Below, piece by piece: positions 7,935 through 18,347 of a stretch of 64,000 bases of DNA. Numbering within the stretch: the first letter of the stretch is position 1; each line of letters starts with the position of its first letter. The notes beneath the pieces were generated by a model. It made no database searches, had not been told where the DNA came from, and saw only the letters and a list, made by a program, of their open reading frames with translations. Origin of the DNA: an uncultured delta proteobacterium (GTDB taxonomy: Bacteria; Desulfobacterota; Binatia; Binatales; Binataceae). The position numbers were made by a program, and so were the translations under genes. The stretch covers positions 281,629 through 345,628 of the forward strand of contig CAVVMA010000012.1 in the NCBI GenBank assembly GCA_963749215.1, given 5' to 3'.

Positions 7935-9818
7935 GGCGTGGGCGCCGCCGCGCAAGAATTGCACTTGCGCCGGGTCGCCCGGTGGCGGCGAGAAATGATC
8001 CCGATCGGCGCCTGCAATCGCGACCCGGATCGAATGCCCCTGCCGGAAGAGATACGAAGTGGGTAGCAGGTCGAAGACCAGCTCCGTGATCTGACCCGGC
8101 ACCAGCGGCATCCCGTCCTCGCGCTTGAAGCTGTGATACGGCACGACGTCGCGGTAAGGCGGCGGCGCGGCGCTAAGTCTGCGATGAATTGCCCGAAGCT
8201 CGCCTTCCGTGACCGCGAACACACGGCCGCGCTCGTCCACATCCTCCAGATAGCCGAAGAACTGGCCATCGGTGGAGGTAGAGCGGAAAAACAATGTGAC
8301 TATTGGATGTCCCGTGACTTCCATATCCTGCGTCAGCGGAGCCGAGGTATAGAGGAGGAGTTTTGAATCCATCGAGCTTCGATCGACATAACCGACATTC
8401 TCAGGCCCGAGTAGTCCATCCCACCGAGTGCGTTCGCCCGCGCCCGCCGAGCTGTCGGCGCGGTAGGAATCCTGGCCCTCGGCTTGGGGCGGCTGCGAGT
8501 TCAAGGTGTTGCCGTCGGCCAGGTAGAAAGGCGTCGGTTTGACGTTTGGCGGTGGCCAGGTTTCCGCGGACTTCCACTTGTCTTCCACCATGGTGAAATA
8601 GTGAACTGGCTTCTCCGCCGCGATTCCGCTGTCGATACCCTTGAGGTGATAGTCGAAGAATCTGAGCAACTCGCCGGTCTGATCGAAGCTCGGCTCGGCG
8701 CTCGCTCCGAAGGCATTGACCTCGTGCTGCCCGCCGTGCGGCCAGGGCCCCAAGGTCAGCCTGCTGCCCTGATTTGTCACTGTCAGGTAGCGCTTGATCG
8801 CAGAGTGTACGTAAGCGCAGTCGAACCAGCCCGAGTAACTGTAAACCGCAGCTTCGGACGCGCGGGTGCCTTTGGCGTAACTGTGCGGACTGATGGCATC
8901 GAGCCTCAGGCCTGACGCTGCTACGTCGTCCCGATAGGTGAACGCCGGTATCTCGGGATAGTTATCATAGTTCCCCGCGTGCCCACTGATCGCCTCCGGC
9001 AGCATGGAGCCGTTCCGGTCTTCGTCGACGGATTGGACGGTTGCGCCGCCCAACTTCGCGCCCAGTCGTATCCACAGCGGCATACTCTCTGGTACCCGTC
9101 CTTGATCGAGAGACTCGGTGAATGCGGCCCATGTAGCGACGAAAGAGCTCAAATAAATTCCACCGGGAAAGGCGAGGTCCGTGTAGAGGTCGAACTGGGA
9201 AAACCGTATCGCGACCGCTTTGACGGCAGGATGTTGGTTGGTGAGCAGCAGCTCGGCGGTCGTGCCGCCGTATGATATACCGGTCGCGCCGACCTTCCCG
9301 TTCGACCACGGCTGACGAATGATCCAATCGACTATTTCAGCACCGTCGCGAATCTGGTCGAGAGAAAAGGCCGGCGTCGGACAAGTTCCGTAAGACGCGC
9401 CGGTGCCGCGCACGTCAACATCCACCCAGGCATAGCCATGGGTCACGAACCGGACTTTCTCGGCCTCGGCGTCTCTGTGCCCGAAGAACAGACTGAACGG
9501 CCATCGAATCCGGTAAGAACGCCAGTAGCGAGTTTGATCGAGAATGGCCGGAATCTTCACGTCGGCGCCAAGCCCCTTCGGCAGCAGCAGATCGATCGCG
9601 ATTCTCGTTCCATCGCGCATCGTCAGGTATCGCGACGAAACGACAACTCCGCTGTAGACTGCGCTGCTTTGGTCTCCGTACGGCCGGCGACCGTACCAGG
9701 ATACGTCCGTGTCGTCGGCAACACCCACGTTTGCGAACACCGCGAGGGCGGCGAGCGCACCGAGAAGAGCCAGGCATCCCGACGTTAGAAAGTCCCGCAA
9801 GCGGCGAAGTTGGCGCAT
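7902..9818 (-). CDS. CocE/NonD family hydrolase (S15 X-Pro dipeptidyl-peptidase-like), secreted
   Basis: RDGTRIAIDLLLPKG, VDVRGTGASYG, and the nucleophile elbow GISYGG. Signal-like CLALLGALAALAVFA follows the internal Met used as the start. Confidence 0.75.
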   Translation of the reverse strand: MRQLRRLRDFLTSGCLALLGALAALAVFANVGVADDTDVSWYGRRPYGDQSSAVYSGVVVSSRYLTMRDGTRIAIDLLLPKGLGADVKIPAILDQTRYWRSYRIRWPFSLFFGHRDAEAEKVRFVTHGYAWVDVDVRGTGASYGTCPTPAFSLDQIRDGAEIVDWIIRQPWSNGKVGATGISYGGTTAELLLTNQHPAVKAVAIRFSQFDLYTDLAFPGGIYLSSFVATWAAFTESLDQGRVPESMPLWIRLGAKLGGATVQSVDEDRNGSMLPEAISGHAGNYDNYPEIPAFTYRDDVAASGLRLDAISPHSYAKGTRASEAAVYSYSGWFDCAYVHSAIKRYLTVTNQGSRLTLGPWPHGGQHEVNAFGASAEPSFDQTGELLRFFDYHLKGIDSGIAAEKPVHYFTMVEDKWKSAETWPPPNVKPTPFYLADGNTLNSQPPQAEGQDSYRADSSAGAGERTRWDGLLGPENVGYVDRSSMDSKLLLYTSAPLTQDMEVTGHPIVTLFFRSTSTDGQFFGYLEDVDERGRVFAVTEGELRAIHRRLSAAPPPYRDVVPYHSFKREDGMPLVPGQITELVFDLLPTSYLFRQGHSIRVAIAGADRDHFSPPPGDPAQVQFLRGGAHASRIDLPVIPR

Positions 9819-9892
9819 CAGGCTCAAGTCCTCAGCCAATGACGGGCAAGATTGTAGTGCTGGTCCCATCGCCCTTCCGATTCGTTCCACCA

Positions 9893-11635
9893 TTATCTGG
9901 GAACTCCTTGGAGATCGGGAAGGTCGGACAGTGATGCACTGGTCTGCGGAAGGCGCAGCCCGGCGGTGACCAGTTTTTCTACAAACACGATCCTGAATCG
10001 CGGATTAGCGTCGAGTAGACTTTGGGCGCGTCGGTAAAGTTTGATCGCGTCGTCACGTCGTCCTTGTTGGTCCGCGATCACAGCGCGAGCAACGACGCTG
10101 GGTACTCTGAGGTCGAGAATCACGCCGTCCGAGTCGATTGGTGCGAGCAGGCCGTCGGCGTCATCCAGTTTGCCTTCGGTCAGACGAACGCGTGCGCGCG
10201 CCCACGCCAGCCGGTAAGGATCGGCCAGTTTCTCCTGACGCGCTGCCATAGAGTCCCAAATTCTGCCAGCCTCGGCGACCCTCCCGCCGTCCAAGAGGCG
10301 TAGGGCTTGCCTGATTTCGGCGACAATCGCGGCGCTCTGATTGAGGCTTGCCTTTCCAAGCCCGGAATCCGCGGGAAGAGACGGAATGTTGGAATCGCCC
10401 CGGTTTAACACGAACGGCACAAATTCACCGTAGGGCGCCAGCGGCTGCATCGTGGTCGAAGCCCACAGCGTTCGCGACGAGGGCTGGATCACCACAGCGT
10501 TCAGCACGCTCGGATTTGCGACCGTCGGGTCATTCACATAGGGAGTGTTCTGATGGTAACGCAGGATCTGTGATGCGATCCGAGGCGTGATTCCTCCCAG
10601 ATGCGGCCGCACGGCGTCCTCCATTGCGGCCCGCCGAATGAAGGAGTCTTCCAGGCGAAGCTCCTGATGGGCGGTCATCTGCTCAGTGAGAGCGTTGTTG
10701 GCTTGAGCAAACCAATCGCCCTCGGGACGGTAGACCGCGCATTCACCTGCGGTGCATTCGACCAAGCCGATGTTGCCTGCGGCGTCGGCCAAGGAGAAAA
10801 ATCCCCCGATAAATCTCTGCCGAGCGCCGGTGAGGATTTTGGTCGCCTCTTCAACGGTGCGAGCCTTCTGGAGCACGCGACGATGCGGCCACTGGGGCAG
10901 TCGCATTCCGATCAGATCATCGGCGCCGGCGAAGAAGTTGAACGAGAAGGCCAGCCCCGCCTCGTTCATTCCGACCGCCGCAGCGCCGCTGAGCGGCCAG
11001 CAGGCTGAGATCCAGGAAAGGTCGCCATTGTTCGGGCGGTAGATGACGAGCGTCGGACGGTAAAGGCCGTAATGATCAGACCAGTCAACGTTGCGGCCGA
11101 CAATCGCTCCGCCGTCTGCGGTCGCCGTGCGGGTCGCCACGAACCCGGTCGAACCGCCGAGAAGGGCACCGAGCCAGAAGCGGAAGGCGTCGGCTCTACC
11201 GACGCCGATGCCGTCGCCGATCCCACGTATCTCCTGATAGAAACCGCTGTCATCGGTAGCCGGCCCAAGCCATGCCAGGCTGGGTACGCTGAACCAGTCC
11301 AGCAGCTTGAAACCGATGCCGAGCCGGAGTGCACCGTTGGTCCAGGCTCGGCGCTGAAATTCGTATTGCGCGGCTACGCTGTATCGCTCTGAGGCCTCGC
11401 CGTTGAGAAGCTCGACCTGTTGCCGCCCCATTTCGTAGTAGGAACCGCACACTCTCAGAACGATGAGATCGCCGATGTCCTGGCGGCTGGGGCAGCCTGG
11501 CGCGTTCATGGAAGTAGCGTTGAGTCCTCTGGCGCTCACAGCGATCAGGAATACCGCCAAAACCGACGAGTATCGGATCTTCACTAGGCTCAGGTTCTCA
11601 GGGTCGCCATCTTCGGGCCTGGCTCGAATAAGCAA
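9893..11635 (-). CDS. Ntn-hydrolase-like protein (peptidase C45 / acyl-CoA:6-APA acyltransferase-like) with helical-repeat C-terminus
   Basis: CGSYYEMGRQQ and GGSTGFVATRTATADGGAIVGRNVDW resemble C45 family blocks. N-terminal hydrophobic signal. Family assignment is from memory only. Confidence 0.45.
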   Translation of the reverse strand: MLIRARPEDGDPENLSLVKIRYSSVLAVFLIAVSARGLNATSMNAPGCPSRQDIGDLIVLRVCGSYYEMGRQQVELLNGEASERYSVAAQYEFQRRAWTNGALRLGIGFKLLDWFSVPSLAWLGPATDDSGFYQEIRGIGDGIGVGRADAFRFWLGALLGGSTGFVATRTATADGGAIVGRNVDWSDHYGLYRPTLVIYRPNNGDLSWISACWPLSGAAAVGMNEAGLAFSFNFFAGADDLIGMRLPQWPHRRVLQKARTVEEATKILTGARQRFIGGFFSLADAAGNIGLVECTAGECAVYRPEGDWFAQANNALTEQMTAHQELRLEDSFIRRAAMEDAVRPHLGGITPRIASQILRYHQNTPYVNDPTVANPSVLNAVVIQPSSRTLWASTTMQPLAPYGEFVPFVLNRGDSNIPSLPADSGLGKASLNQSAAIVAEIRQALRLLDGGRVAEAGRIWDSMAARQEKLADPYRLAWARARVRLTEGKLDDADGLLAPIDSDGVILDLRVPSVVARAVIADQQGRRDDAIKLYRRAQSLLDANPRFRIVFVEKLVTAGLRLPQTSASLSDLPDLQGVPR

Positions 11636-11759
11636 TCGCGATGCCCTCGACTATCATCGCGATTCCGGGGATCGGGCCGAGCCGGTCGACCGCCGGCATT
11701 GCCAGACCGGCAGTACGGGTGCGCGTTTGATCGCGCAGACGCCGTTGCCGCCGCAGGAC

Positions 11760-11999
11760 TCAGGTTGCGTCGTGCAGGATGTGAACTGCGGCGACCAGCG
11801 CCACGGCGCCGACAGTAGACATCGCGATTGCGCCGATCAGGCCGAACACCATGATCCCGAGCGTCCTGAAAATCCATCCTCCGATCACGCCGCCGACCAG
11901 TCCGAGCACGATATCCATCACGACGCCGTAGCCGCGGCCGTGCACGATCTTGCCGGTGAGCCATCCGGCGATGAGTCCGATAATCAGCCAACTTATCAT
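11760..11999 (-). CDS. GlsB/YeaQ/YmgE family stress-response membrane protein
   Basis: 79 aa. MISWLIIGLIAGWLTGKIV...GLVGGVIGGWIF is typical of the family. Confidence 0.8.
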   Translation of the reverse strand: MISWLIIGLIAGWLTGKIVHGRGYGVVMDIVLGLVGGVIGGWIFRTLGIMVFGLIGAIAMSTVGAVALVAAVHILHDAT

Positions 12000-12135
12000 T
12001 TTTCCCCTCCCGCACTTCGCTGGTCAGCAAGAAGCGGACCTGACGAAACTGTCGCACAGCCGGGCGCGCATCAACAGGGAAGCGGCTTGAGAATCGGCGC
12101 CGAAGTCTCCATTGTGGAGTGTGGCGTTTCCCGCC

Positions 12136-14007
12136 ATGGCCAATCGCTTAATCCACATCCTGCCGGAGCAGGTTGCCAGCCAGATCGCGGCGGGCGAAGT
12201 GGTCGAGCGGCCCGCCTCGGCCGTCAAGGAGCTGGTCGAGAATTCGCTCGACGCGGGCGCGAAGTCGATCAGCGTCGAGATTGCCAGGGGTGGATGCGAC
12301 CTGCTCACCGTCGCGGACGACGGATGCGGGATGGGCGCGGAGGACGCGATCCTTTCGATCCGCCGCCACGCGACCTCGAAAATCCGCGACGCGTCCGACC
12401 TGACCATGATCCGCACGCTGGGCTTTCGCGGCGAAGCGCTGGCTTCGATCGCGAGCGTCGCGCGGCTTCGGATGGGCACGCGACGAGCCGGTGATACGCA
12501 CGGAGTCGAGCTGTCTATCGTCGGCGGCGAGATCGAACAGAACCGCGCCTGTGCGATGGCGCCGGGAACGCGGATCGAGGTGCGCGACCTGTTCTTCAAC
12601 ACCCCCGCCCGGCTCAAGTTCCTCAAGACCGTGGCGACGGAGCAGGGCGCGATCGCCGAGGCGATCCAGCGCCTCGCGCTCGCTAATCACGGCGTGGCCT
12701 TTTCATTGTCGGCGGACGGGCGCGTGCTTTTCGATCTGCCGCGGGCCAGCGCTCTGATCGAGCGGATACGCCAGCTTTTCGGGGCCAAGCTCGCCGCCCG
12801 GATGGTGCCGTTCGAGACCGTGCGGCCCGAGCTTCGCATCAGCGGGTTTGCCTCGATCAGCCAGGAGTCGTTTCCGACGCCGCGGATGGTGTTCACGTTC
12901 GTCAACCGTCGCTCGGTGCGGGATCGCGTCCTGATGCGCGCGACGGCGCAGGCCTATGAGACGCTGCTGCCGCGCGGACGGCATCCGGCGGTCGCCCTGT
13001 TCGTCGGGCTCAAGCCCGAAGACCTCGACGTGAACGTGCATCCGATGAAAACCGAGGTGCGCTTCAAGCGCGCCGGCTCGGTATTCGAGGCGGTGTTCCA
13101 TTCCCTGCGCGATCGGCTCGCCGATCAGAGCGCGATGCCGTCGGGAGCCGCGCGGGTAGCGCAATCGACCGCACTTGCACGCCAGGCTGATGCGGCCGTG
13201 GCCGATTCGCCGGCTGCCTCCGCCGCGCCCACCGGACCAGCGGCATCAGGCGCAGCGGGTCGCGACGCGTACGCGTCGCGACCGCTGCACCTGGTGCCCG
13301 ACTCGCGATCGCCGGCGCGCGCCGAGCAGCGCGCGCTGGGCCTTGGCTACGCCGGGACGGGATCGGCGGCCGGGACGGCCGCCGATCCCGTCGCGTCCGC
13401 TCCCATGGCGACCGCGCCCGCGATTCCGCTTTACTCCCGCCTGCGAATCATCGGACAAATTTTCGCCGGATACATCGCGCTCGAAGGTGAGGACGGATTG
13501 ATCCTCGTCGATCAGCACGCGGCCCACGAGCGCGTCACTTTCGAGCGGCTTCGCGCGGAGCTGCGCGCGGGCAGTATCAGGACGCAACAACTGCTGTCGC
13601 CCGAAACGCTCGAACTCGATCCCGCCCGCGCCGCGCAGATCGAGGCTGGGCTCCCCGAGTTGCGGGCGCTCGGTTTCGAGGTCGAGCCGTTTGGACCGGC
13701 GACGATTGTGCTCAAGGGGACGCCCGCCGTTTTCGGCCCCGAGGGAGGTCCCAGGCTGCTCTCTGATATGATCGCCAGCATGGGCGAGACAGGATTTGGC
13801 CTGCGCGGCGAAGCAGCGTTTGAGGATTTGCTCAAGCAGCTCGCCTGTCACGGCTCGGTTCGCGTCGGCCGCACGCTTGCGGATCACGAGATTGTCGAGC
13901 TGCTCGCCGATCTCGACCGAACCCAGTTCAAGACCAACTGCCCGCACGGGCGCCCGGTCCATATCGAGTTTCGACGCGGACAAATCGAGCGCATGTTCCG
14001 CCGATGA
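12136..14007 (+). CDS. mutL: DNA mismatch repair protein MutL
   Basis: IHILPEQVASQIAAGEVVERPASAVKELVENSLDAGA and the C-terminal GRPV...FRR. Confidence 0.95.
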   Translation: MANRLIHILPEQVASQIAAGEVVERPASAVKELVENSLDAGAKSISVEIARGGCDLLTVADDGCGMGAEDAILSIRRHATSKIRDASDLTMIRTLGFRGEALASIASVARLRMGTRRAGDTHGVELSIVGGEIEQNRACAMAPGTRIEVRDLFFNTPARLKFLKTVATEQGAIAEAIQRLALANHGVAFSLSADGRVLFDLPRASALIERIRQLFGAKLAARMVPFETVRPELRISGFASISQESFPTPRMVFTFVNRRSVRDRVLMRATAQAYETLLPRGRHPAVALFVGLKPEDLDVNVHPMKTEVRFKRAGSVFEAVFHSLRDRLADQSAMPSGAARVAQSTALARQADAAVADSPAASAAPTGPAASGAAGRDAYASRPLHLVPDSRSPARAEQRALGLGYAGTGSAAGTAADPVASAPMATAPAIPLYSRLRIIGQIFAGYIALEGEDGLILVDQHAAHERVTFERLRAELRAGSIRTQQLLSPETLELDPARAAQIEAGLPELRALGFEVEPFGPATIVLKGTPAVFGPEGGPRLLSDMIASMGETGFGLRGEAAFEDLLKQLACHGSVRVGRTLADHEIVELLADLDRTQFKTNCPHGRPVHIEFRRGQIERMFRR

Positions 14008-15008
14008 ATGCGGCTACCGGCAACGGCGCGAGCATCGCGGTTGGCTCAGCTCGCGCAGGCTCGAAGACCCGCGTCGGCTTTATCGTCGGGCCGACCGGGA
14101 CCGGTAAATCGGCGCTGGCGATCGAAGTCGCCGAGCGGATTGGCGCGGAGATCGTCAACGCGGATTCGCGCTTGTTGTACCGCGGGATGGACATCGGGAC
14201 GGCCAAGCCCTCGCTGGCGGAGCGCCGCCGCGTGCCCCATCATCTTGTCGACATTCTCACGGCCGATGAGCCGATCGACGTTGCGGGCTTCCGCGAGCGC
14301 GCCCGCGCCGCTATCGCAGGGGTGGTCTCGCGCGGCCGGCCGGTTATCGTCGCAGGCGGCAGCGGTTTGTACCTGCGAGTATTGCGCGGGGGAATTTTCA
14401 GCGGCCCGCCGGCGTCACCCGCGATTCGCGCAGAGCTGGCGGCGCTCGCGGCCGAGCGCGGCGCGCCGCATCTTCATGCGCAACTTCGGGCGGCCGATCC
14501 CGAAGCGGCGGCGCGAATTTCGGTCAACGATCTCTATCGCATCGTCCGCGCGCTGGAAGTGTTCCGGATGACCGGCACGCCGATAACGACCCATCAGCGC
14601 AGCCACGGCTTTCACTCCACCGAGTATGACGCGCTTACGATCGGGTTGGAGCTGCCGCGCGATCGTTTGTATGCCGCGATCGATCGCCGCTTCGACCTGA
14701 TGGTCGCCGCCGGTCTGGTCGAGGAGGTTCGCGCGCTGATCGCGGCGGGCTGTCGAGCCGATACGCCGCCGATGCGCGCGATCGGCTATCGGCAGATCGC
14801 GGCCTACCTTCGCGGCGAGATGACGCTGGAGGCCGCGATCGAAATCGCCAAACGCGATACGCGCCGGCTCGCCAAGCGCCAGCTCACCTGGTTTCGCCGC
14901 GACCCTGAAATTGCATGGGTTGATGCGGAGGCGGGCAGGGGACAAGCTCTGACCCTGCTGAGCGAGTTCCTCGCGCCGCACGATGCCGACGCCCGCGATG
15001 TCAAATGA
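14004..15008 (+). CDS. miaA: tRNA dimethylallyltransferase
   Basis: GPTGTGKSALAIEVA...IVNADSRLLYRGMDIGTAKP. ATGA overlap with mutL. Confidence 0.9.
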   Translation: MNAATGNGASIAVGSARAGSKTRVGFIVGPTGTGKSALAIEVAERIGAEIVNADSRLLYRGMDIGTAKPSLAERRRVPHHLVDILTADEPIDVAGFRERARAAIAGVVSRGRPVIVAGGSGLYLRVLRGGIFSGPPASPAIRAELAALAAERGAPHLHAQLRAADPEAAARISVNDLYRIVRALEVFRMTGTPITTHQRSHGFHSTEYDALTIGLELPRDRLYAAIDRRFDLMVAAGLVEEVRALIAAGCRADTPPMRAIGYRQIAAYLRGEMTLEAAIEIAKRDTRRLAKRQLTWFRRDPEIAWVDAEAGRGQALTLLSEFLAPHDADARDVK

Positions 15009-15973
15009 ATGAGGATGCGATCGGGCCCGGGACGGCCGCCAGCTCCGAAGAGCGAATCGAGGCGCTCGATCGCCTCATCGCGGCGGCCACGCGCCCGCGC
15101 GAGCGTGCGCGGCTGGCCGCCGAGCGCGAGAATGCGGCGCGCGACTTCGAGGCTCATCTCAGCCCGATCGAACGGGTAAGACTCGCGCGCCATCAGATGC
15201 GCCCGCAGACGCTGGACTACGTCGGATTTCTGATCGGCGAGTTCTTCGAGCTTCACGGCGATCGCAGGTATGCCGACGACGGCGCGATCGTTGCGGGCTT
15301 GGGCTTCTTCGGCAAGCATCCGGTCGCGATCGTCGGCCATCAGCGCGGCGGTTCGACTCGCGAGCGGCTGGAGCGCAATTTCGGCAAGCCCCATCCCGAG
15401 GGTTATCGCAAGGCGGTCAGGGTCTACGACCTCGCCAATCGCTTCGGCCTGCCGCTCATCACTTTTATCGACACACAGGGCGCCGAACCCGGACTCGGCG
15501 CCGAAGAGCGCGGTCAGGCCGAGGCGATCGCGAGCAGCCTTGAAGCGATGGGGCGGCTGGAGGTTCCCGCGATCGCGTGCGTGATCGGCGAGGGCGGCTC
15601 GGGCGGCGCGCTCGCGCTTGGCGTCGCCAATGTCGTTCTGATGCAACAGTACGCCTGCTACTCGGTGATCACGCCCGAAGGATGCGCCGCGATCCTGTGG
15701 CGCGAGGCGGGACCCGAGAAGGTCGCACAGGCCGCGGCGGCGCTCAGGCTCTCCGCCCCGGACCTGCTCGAACTTAAAGTAATAGATGAGATCGTTCCCG
15801 AGCCGCCCGGCGGAGCGCATCACGCGCCCGCCGAGGCGGCCCGCGCGCTCGGCGCCGCGATCGCGCGCCGGCTCGGCCCGCTGCTCAAGCTTGCACCGGC
15901 CGAGCTTCGCCGCGCCCGCGAACGAAGGCTCGCCGCAATCGGCAGCGCGTTCATCACGAGCGCAAAGCCGTGA
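15005..15973 (+). CDS. accA: Acetyl-CoA carboxylase carboxyltransferase subunit alpha
   Basis: FIDTQGAEPGLGAEERGQAEAIA and GEGGSGGALA. ATGA overlap with miaA. Confidence 0.9.
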   Translation: MNEDAIGPGTAASSEERIEALDRLIAAATRPRERARLAAERENAARDFEAHLSPIERVRLARHQMRPQTLDYVGFLIGEFFELHGDRRYADDGAIVAGLGFFGKHPVAIVGHQRGGSTRERLERNFGKPHPEGYRKAVRVYDLANRFGLPLITFIDTQGAEPGLGAEERGQAEAIASSLEAMGRLEVPAIACVIGEGGSGGALALGVANVVLMQQYACYSVITPEGCAAILWREAGPEKVAQAAAALRLSAPDLLELKVIDEIVPEPPGGAHHAPAEAARALGAAIARRLGPLLKLAPAELRRARERRLAAIGSAFITSAKP

Positions 15974-16030
15974 CACTTTTATGAAGCACTCGCGCGCGCG
16001 TTGAAAAGCCGCATCCAATCGGCTACCCAC

Positions 16031-17152
16031 ATGGCGATGCGTTCACGACCGGCCAGGAAAACCGACGCTACGCCGCCCACCCTGGTGGACCTGCGCGCGC
16101 AGATTGACGCGATCAGTCTCGACTTGATCCGACTGCTGAACGAACGCGCCCGGCTTTGCGTCGAAGTCGGCCGTCTCAAGCATTCGGACGGCATGCCGAT
16201 CTATCAGCCCGGCCGCGTTCGCGAGGTGATCGATCGGATGCTCGCGCAGAACACGGGACCTCTGACCTCCGAGCACGTCCGCAGCATCTTCACGGAGATC
16301 ATCTCGGCCTGCATGGCGCTCGAACAGGAGTTGCGGGTGGCCTACCTCGGTCCCGAGCACACCTATTCGCATCAGGCCGCGATCCGCCAGTTCGGATCGA
16401 GCGCGATGTTCGTTCCGGAGCCGTCGTTCGCGGAAGTCTTTCAGGCGCTGGAGAACGGCCGCGCCGACCTCGGCGTGGTGCCGATCGAGAATTCGACCGA
16501 GGGCTCGGTGACGCTGACGCTCGACCTGCTGATCGACACGCCGCTGGCGATCGTCGGCGAGATCCTGCTGCCGATCCGGCACGCGCTGCTCTCGCGCGAG
16601 GGCGATCGCGGCGCGATTCGCCGGATCGTTTCGCATCAGCAGTCGCTGGCGCAGTGCCGCAGTTACATCGCGGCCAACTATCCCGGCTGCGAGCTGGAGG
16701 CGGTGGCCTCCAACGCGCTCGCCGCAAAGCTTGCCGCAGCGGATATCGCTTGCGCCGCGATCGCGTCGGTCGACGCGGCGGACGCCTATGGGTTGAAGGT
16801 AATCGCGGAGAATATCCAGGACCTCGCGTGGAACACCACGCGCTTCCTGGTTATCAGCAAGCATCCGGTGGGACGCAGCGGCGCCGACAAGACCACCGCA
16901 GTGTTTGCGGTTCCCCACAAGGTCGGCGCGCTGCACGAGGTGCTGGGGGTGTTCGCCGGCAACGCGGTCAATGTTTCGAAGATCGAGTCGCGCCCGATGC
17001 GCTCGCGGCCGTGGGAATATCTGTTCGTCGTCGACGTAGCGGGCCATCGCGAGGACCCGAAACTGAAGCGCGCGCTTGGCGCGCTGGCACGCAAGACGCT
17101 TTTTCTAAAGGTGCTGGGATCGTATCCTGAAGCGAGGCCGCTCGCCGAGTAG
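16031..17152 (+). CDS. pheA: Bifunctional chorismate mutase / prephenate dehydratase
   Basis: N-terminal CM helix LRAQIDAISLDLIRLLNERA. PDT core VAYLGPEHTYSHQAA...PIENSTEGSV. ACT-like C-terminus SRPMRSRPWEYLFVVD. Confidence 0.9.
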   Translation: MAMRSRPARKTDATPPTLVDLRAQIDAISLDLIRLLNERARLCVEVGRLKHSDGMPIYQPGRVREVIDRMLAQNTGPLTSEHVRSIFTEIISACMALEQELRVAYLGPEHTYSHQAAIRQFGSSAMFVPEPSFAEVFQALENGRADLGVVPIENSTEGSVTLTLDLLIDTPLAIVGEILLPIRHALLSREGDRGAIRRIVSHQQSLAQCRSYIAANYPGCELEAVASNALAAKLAAADIACAAIASVDAADAYGLKVIAENIQDLAWNTTRFLVISKHPVGRSGADKTTAVFAVPHKVGALHEVLGVFAGNAVNVSKIESRPMRSRPWEYLFVVDVAGHREDPKLKRALGALARKTLFLKVLGSYPEARPLAE

Positions 17153-17182
17153 CCGGCGTCTGCCACCCTTTTGTCATCGCCA

Positions 17183-18292
17183 ATGAAGCCTGAGGATCTC
17201 GTCCTGCCGCCGGTGGCGGCGATCGACCCCTACGAGCCGGGCAAGCCGATCGAGGAAGTTCAGCGCGAGCTCGGAATCGGCGAGCCGATCAAGCTCGCGT
17301 CCAACGAAAATCCGATCGGGCCGTCGCCGCGCGCGCTCGAAGCGATCAGGGCGGCGCTGCCCGAGCTCAACCGCTATCCCGACGGCGCGAGCTTCGAGCT
17401 GCGGCGCAAAATCGCGGCGCAGCTCGGGATTGCGGCGGAACAGATTTTCCCCGGATGCGGCGGCGCCGAGATCCTCAATCTGATCGCGTTCCTCTTTCTA
17501 AGGCCGGGCCTCAACGCGGTGATCGCGGCCCATTCGTTCGTGATCTACCAGCTTGCGATCTCCGGAACCGGAGCGTCGGCGAAGGTCGTGCCGCTGCGCA
17601 AGGACTTGACCTTCGACCTCGACGCGATGGCGGCCGCGATCGACGATCAAACACGGGTGGTTTTTCTCGGCAACCCGAACAATCCGACCGGGACTATCTA
17701 TCGGCGCACCGAATGGCGGCGCTTTCTGGCGCGCGTGCCGCAGCGGGTCGTAATCGTCGCCGACGAGGCGTACTTCGAGTTCGTCCGCGACCGGGAATAT
17801 CCCAACTCGCTCGAAGACCACGACGGCCGGCGATTCCTGATCACGATGCGGACCTTTTCCAAAATTTTCGGGCTGGCGGGCTTGCGCGTGGGTTACGTGG
17901 TCGCGCGGCCGGATATCGTGCGGCTGCTCAACAATGTGCGCCAGCCGTTCAACGTCAACTCGCTCGCGCAGGTCGCGGTAATCGCCGCGATGGACGACGC
18001 GGAGCACGTCCGCCGCACGCTCGACAACAATCGCGCCGGGATCGAATACCTGGAACGCGAGCTCGCCCGCCTGAAACTCGAATTCGTTCCCAGTCAGGCG
18101 AATTTCATCCTGGTCGACGTTGCCGACGGACGCTCGGTCTACGATGCGCTGCTGCGCAAGGGCGTGATCGTGCGGCCGATGAACGGCTACGGCCTGCCGC
18201 GCCACGTGCGAATCAGCGTCGGCCTCCAGGACGAGAATCGAAAGCTGGTCGCCGCACTCGCAGAGGTGACGGCCGAGGGAAAGCGTCTTTGA
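17183..18292 (+). CDS. hisC: Histidinol-phosphate aminotransferase
   Basis: LASNENPIGPSP, NPNNPTG, FSKIFGLAGLRVGY. Confidence 0.9.
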   Translation: MKPEDLVLPPVAAIDPYEPGKPIEEVQRELGIGEPIKLASNENPIGPSPRALEAIRAALPELNRYPDGASFELRRKIAAQLGIAAEQIFPGCGGAEILNLIAFLFLRPGLNAVIAAHSFVIYQLAISGTGASAKVVPLRKDLTFDLDAMAAAIDDQTRVVFLGNPNNPTGTIYRRTEWRRFLARVPQRVVIVADEAYFEFVRDREYPNSLEDHDGRRFLITMRTFSKIFGLAGLRVGYVVARPDIVRLLNNVRQPFNVNSLAQVAVIAAMDDAEHVRRTLDNNRAGIEYLERELARLKLEFVPSQANFILVDVADGRSVYDALLRKGVIVRPMNGYGLPRHVRISVGLQDENRKLVAALAEVTAEGKRL

Positions 18293-18347
18293 CGCCGCCG
18301 AGCAGATGCGGAACAACGTCGAAAATCATCAGCATGCCTCTCTGAAG

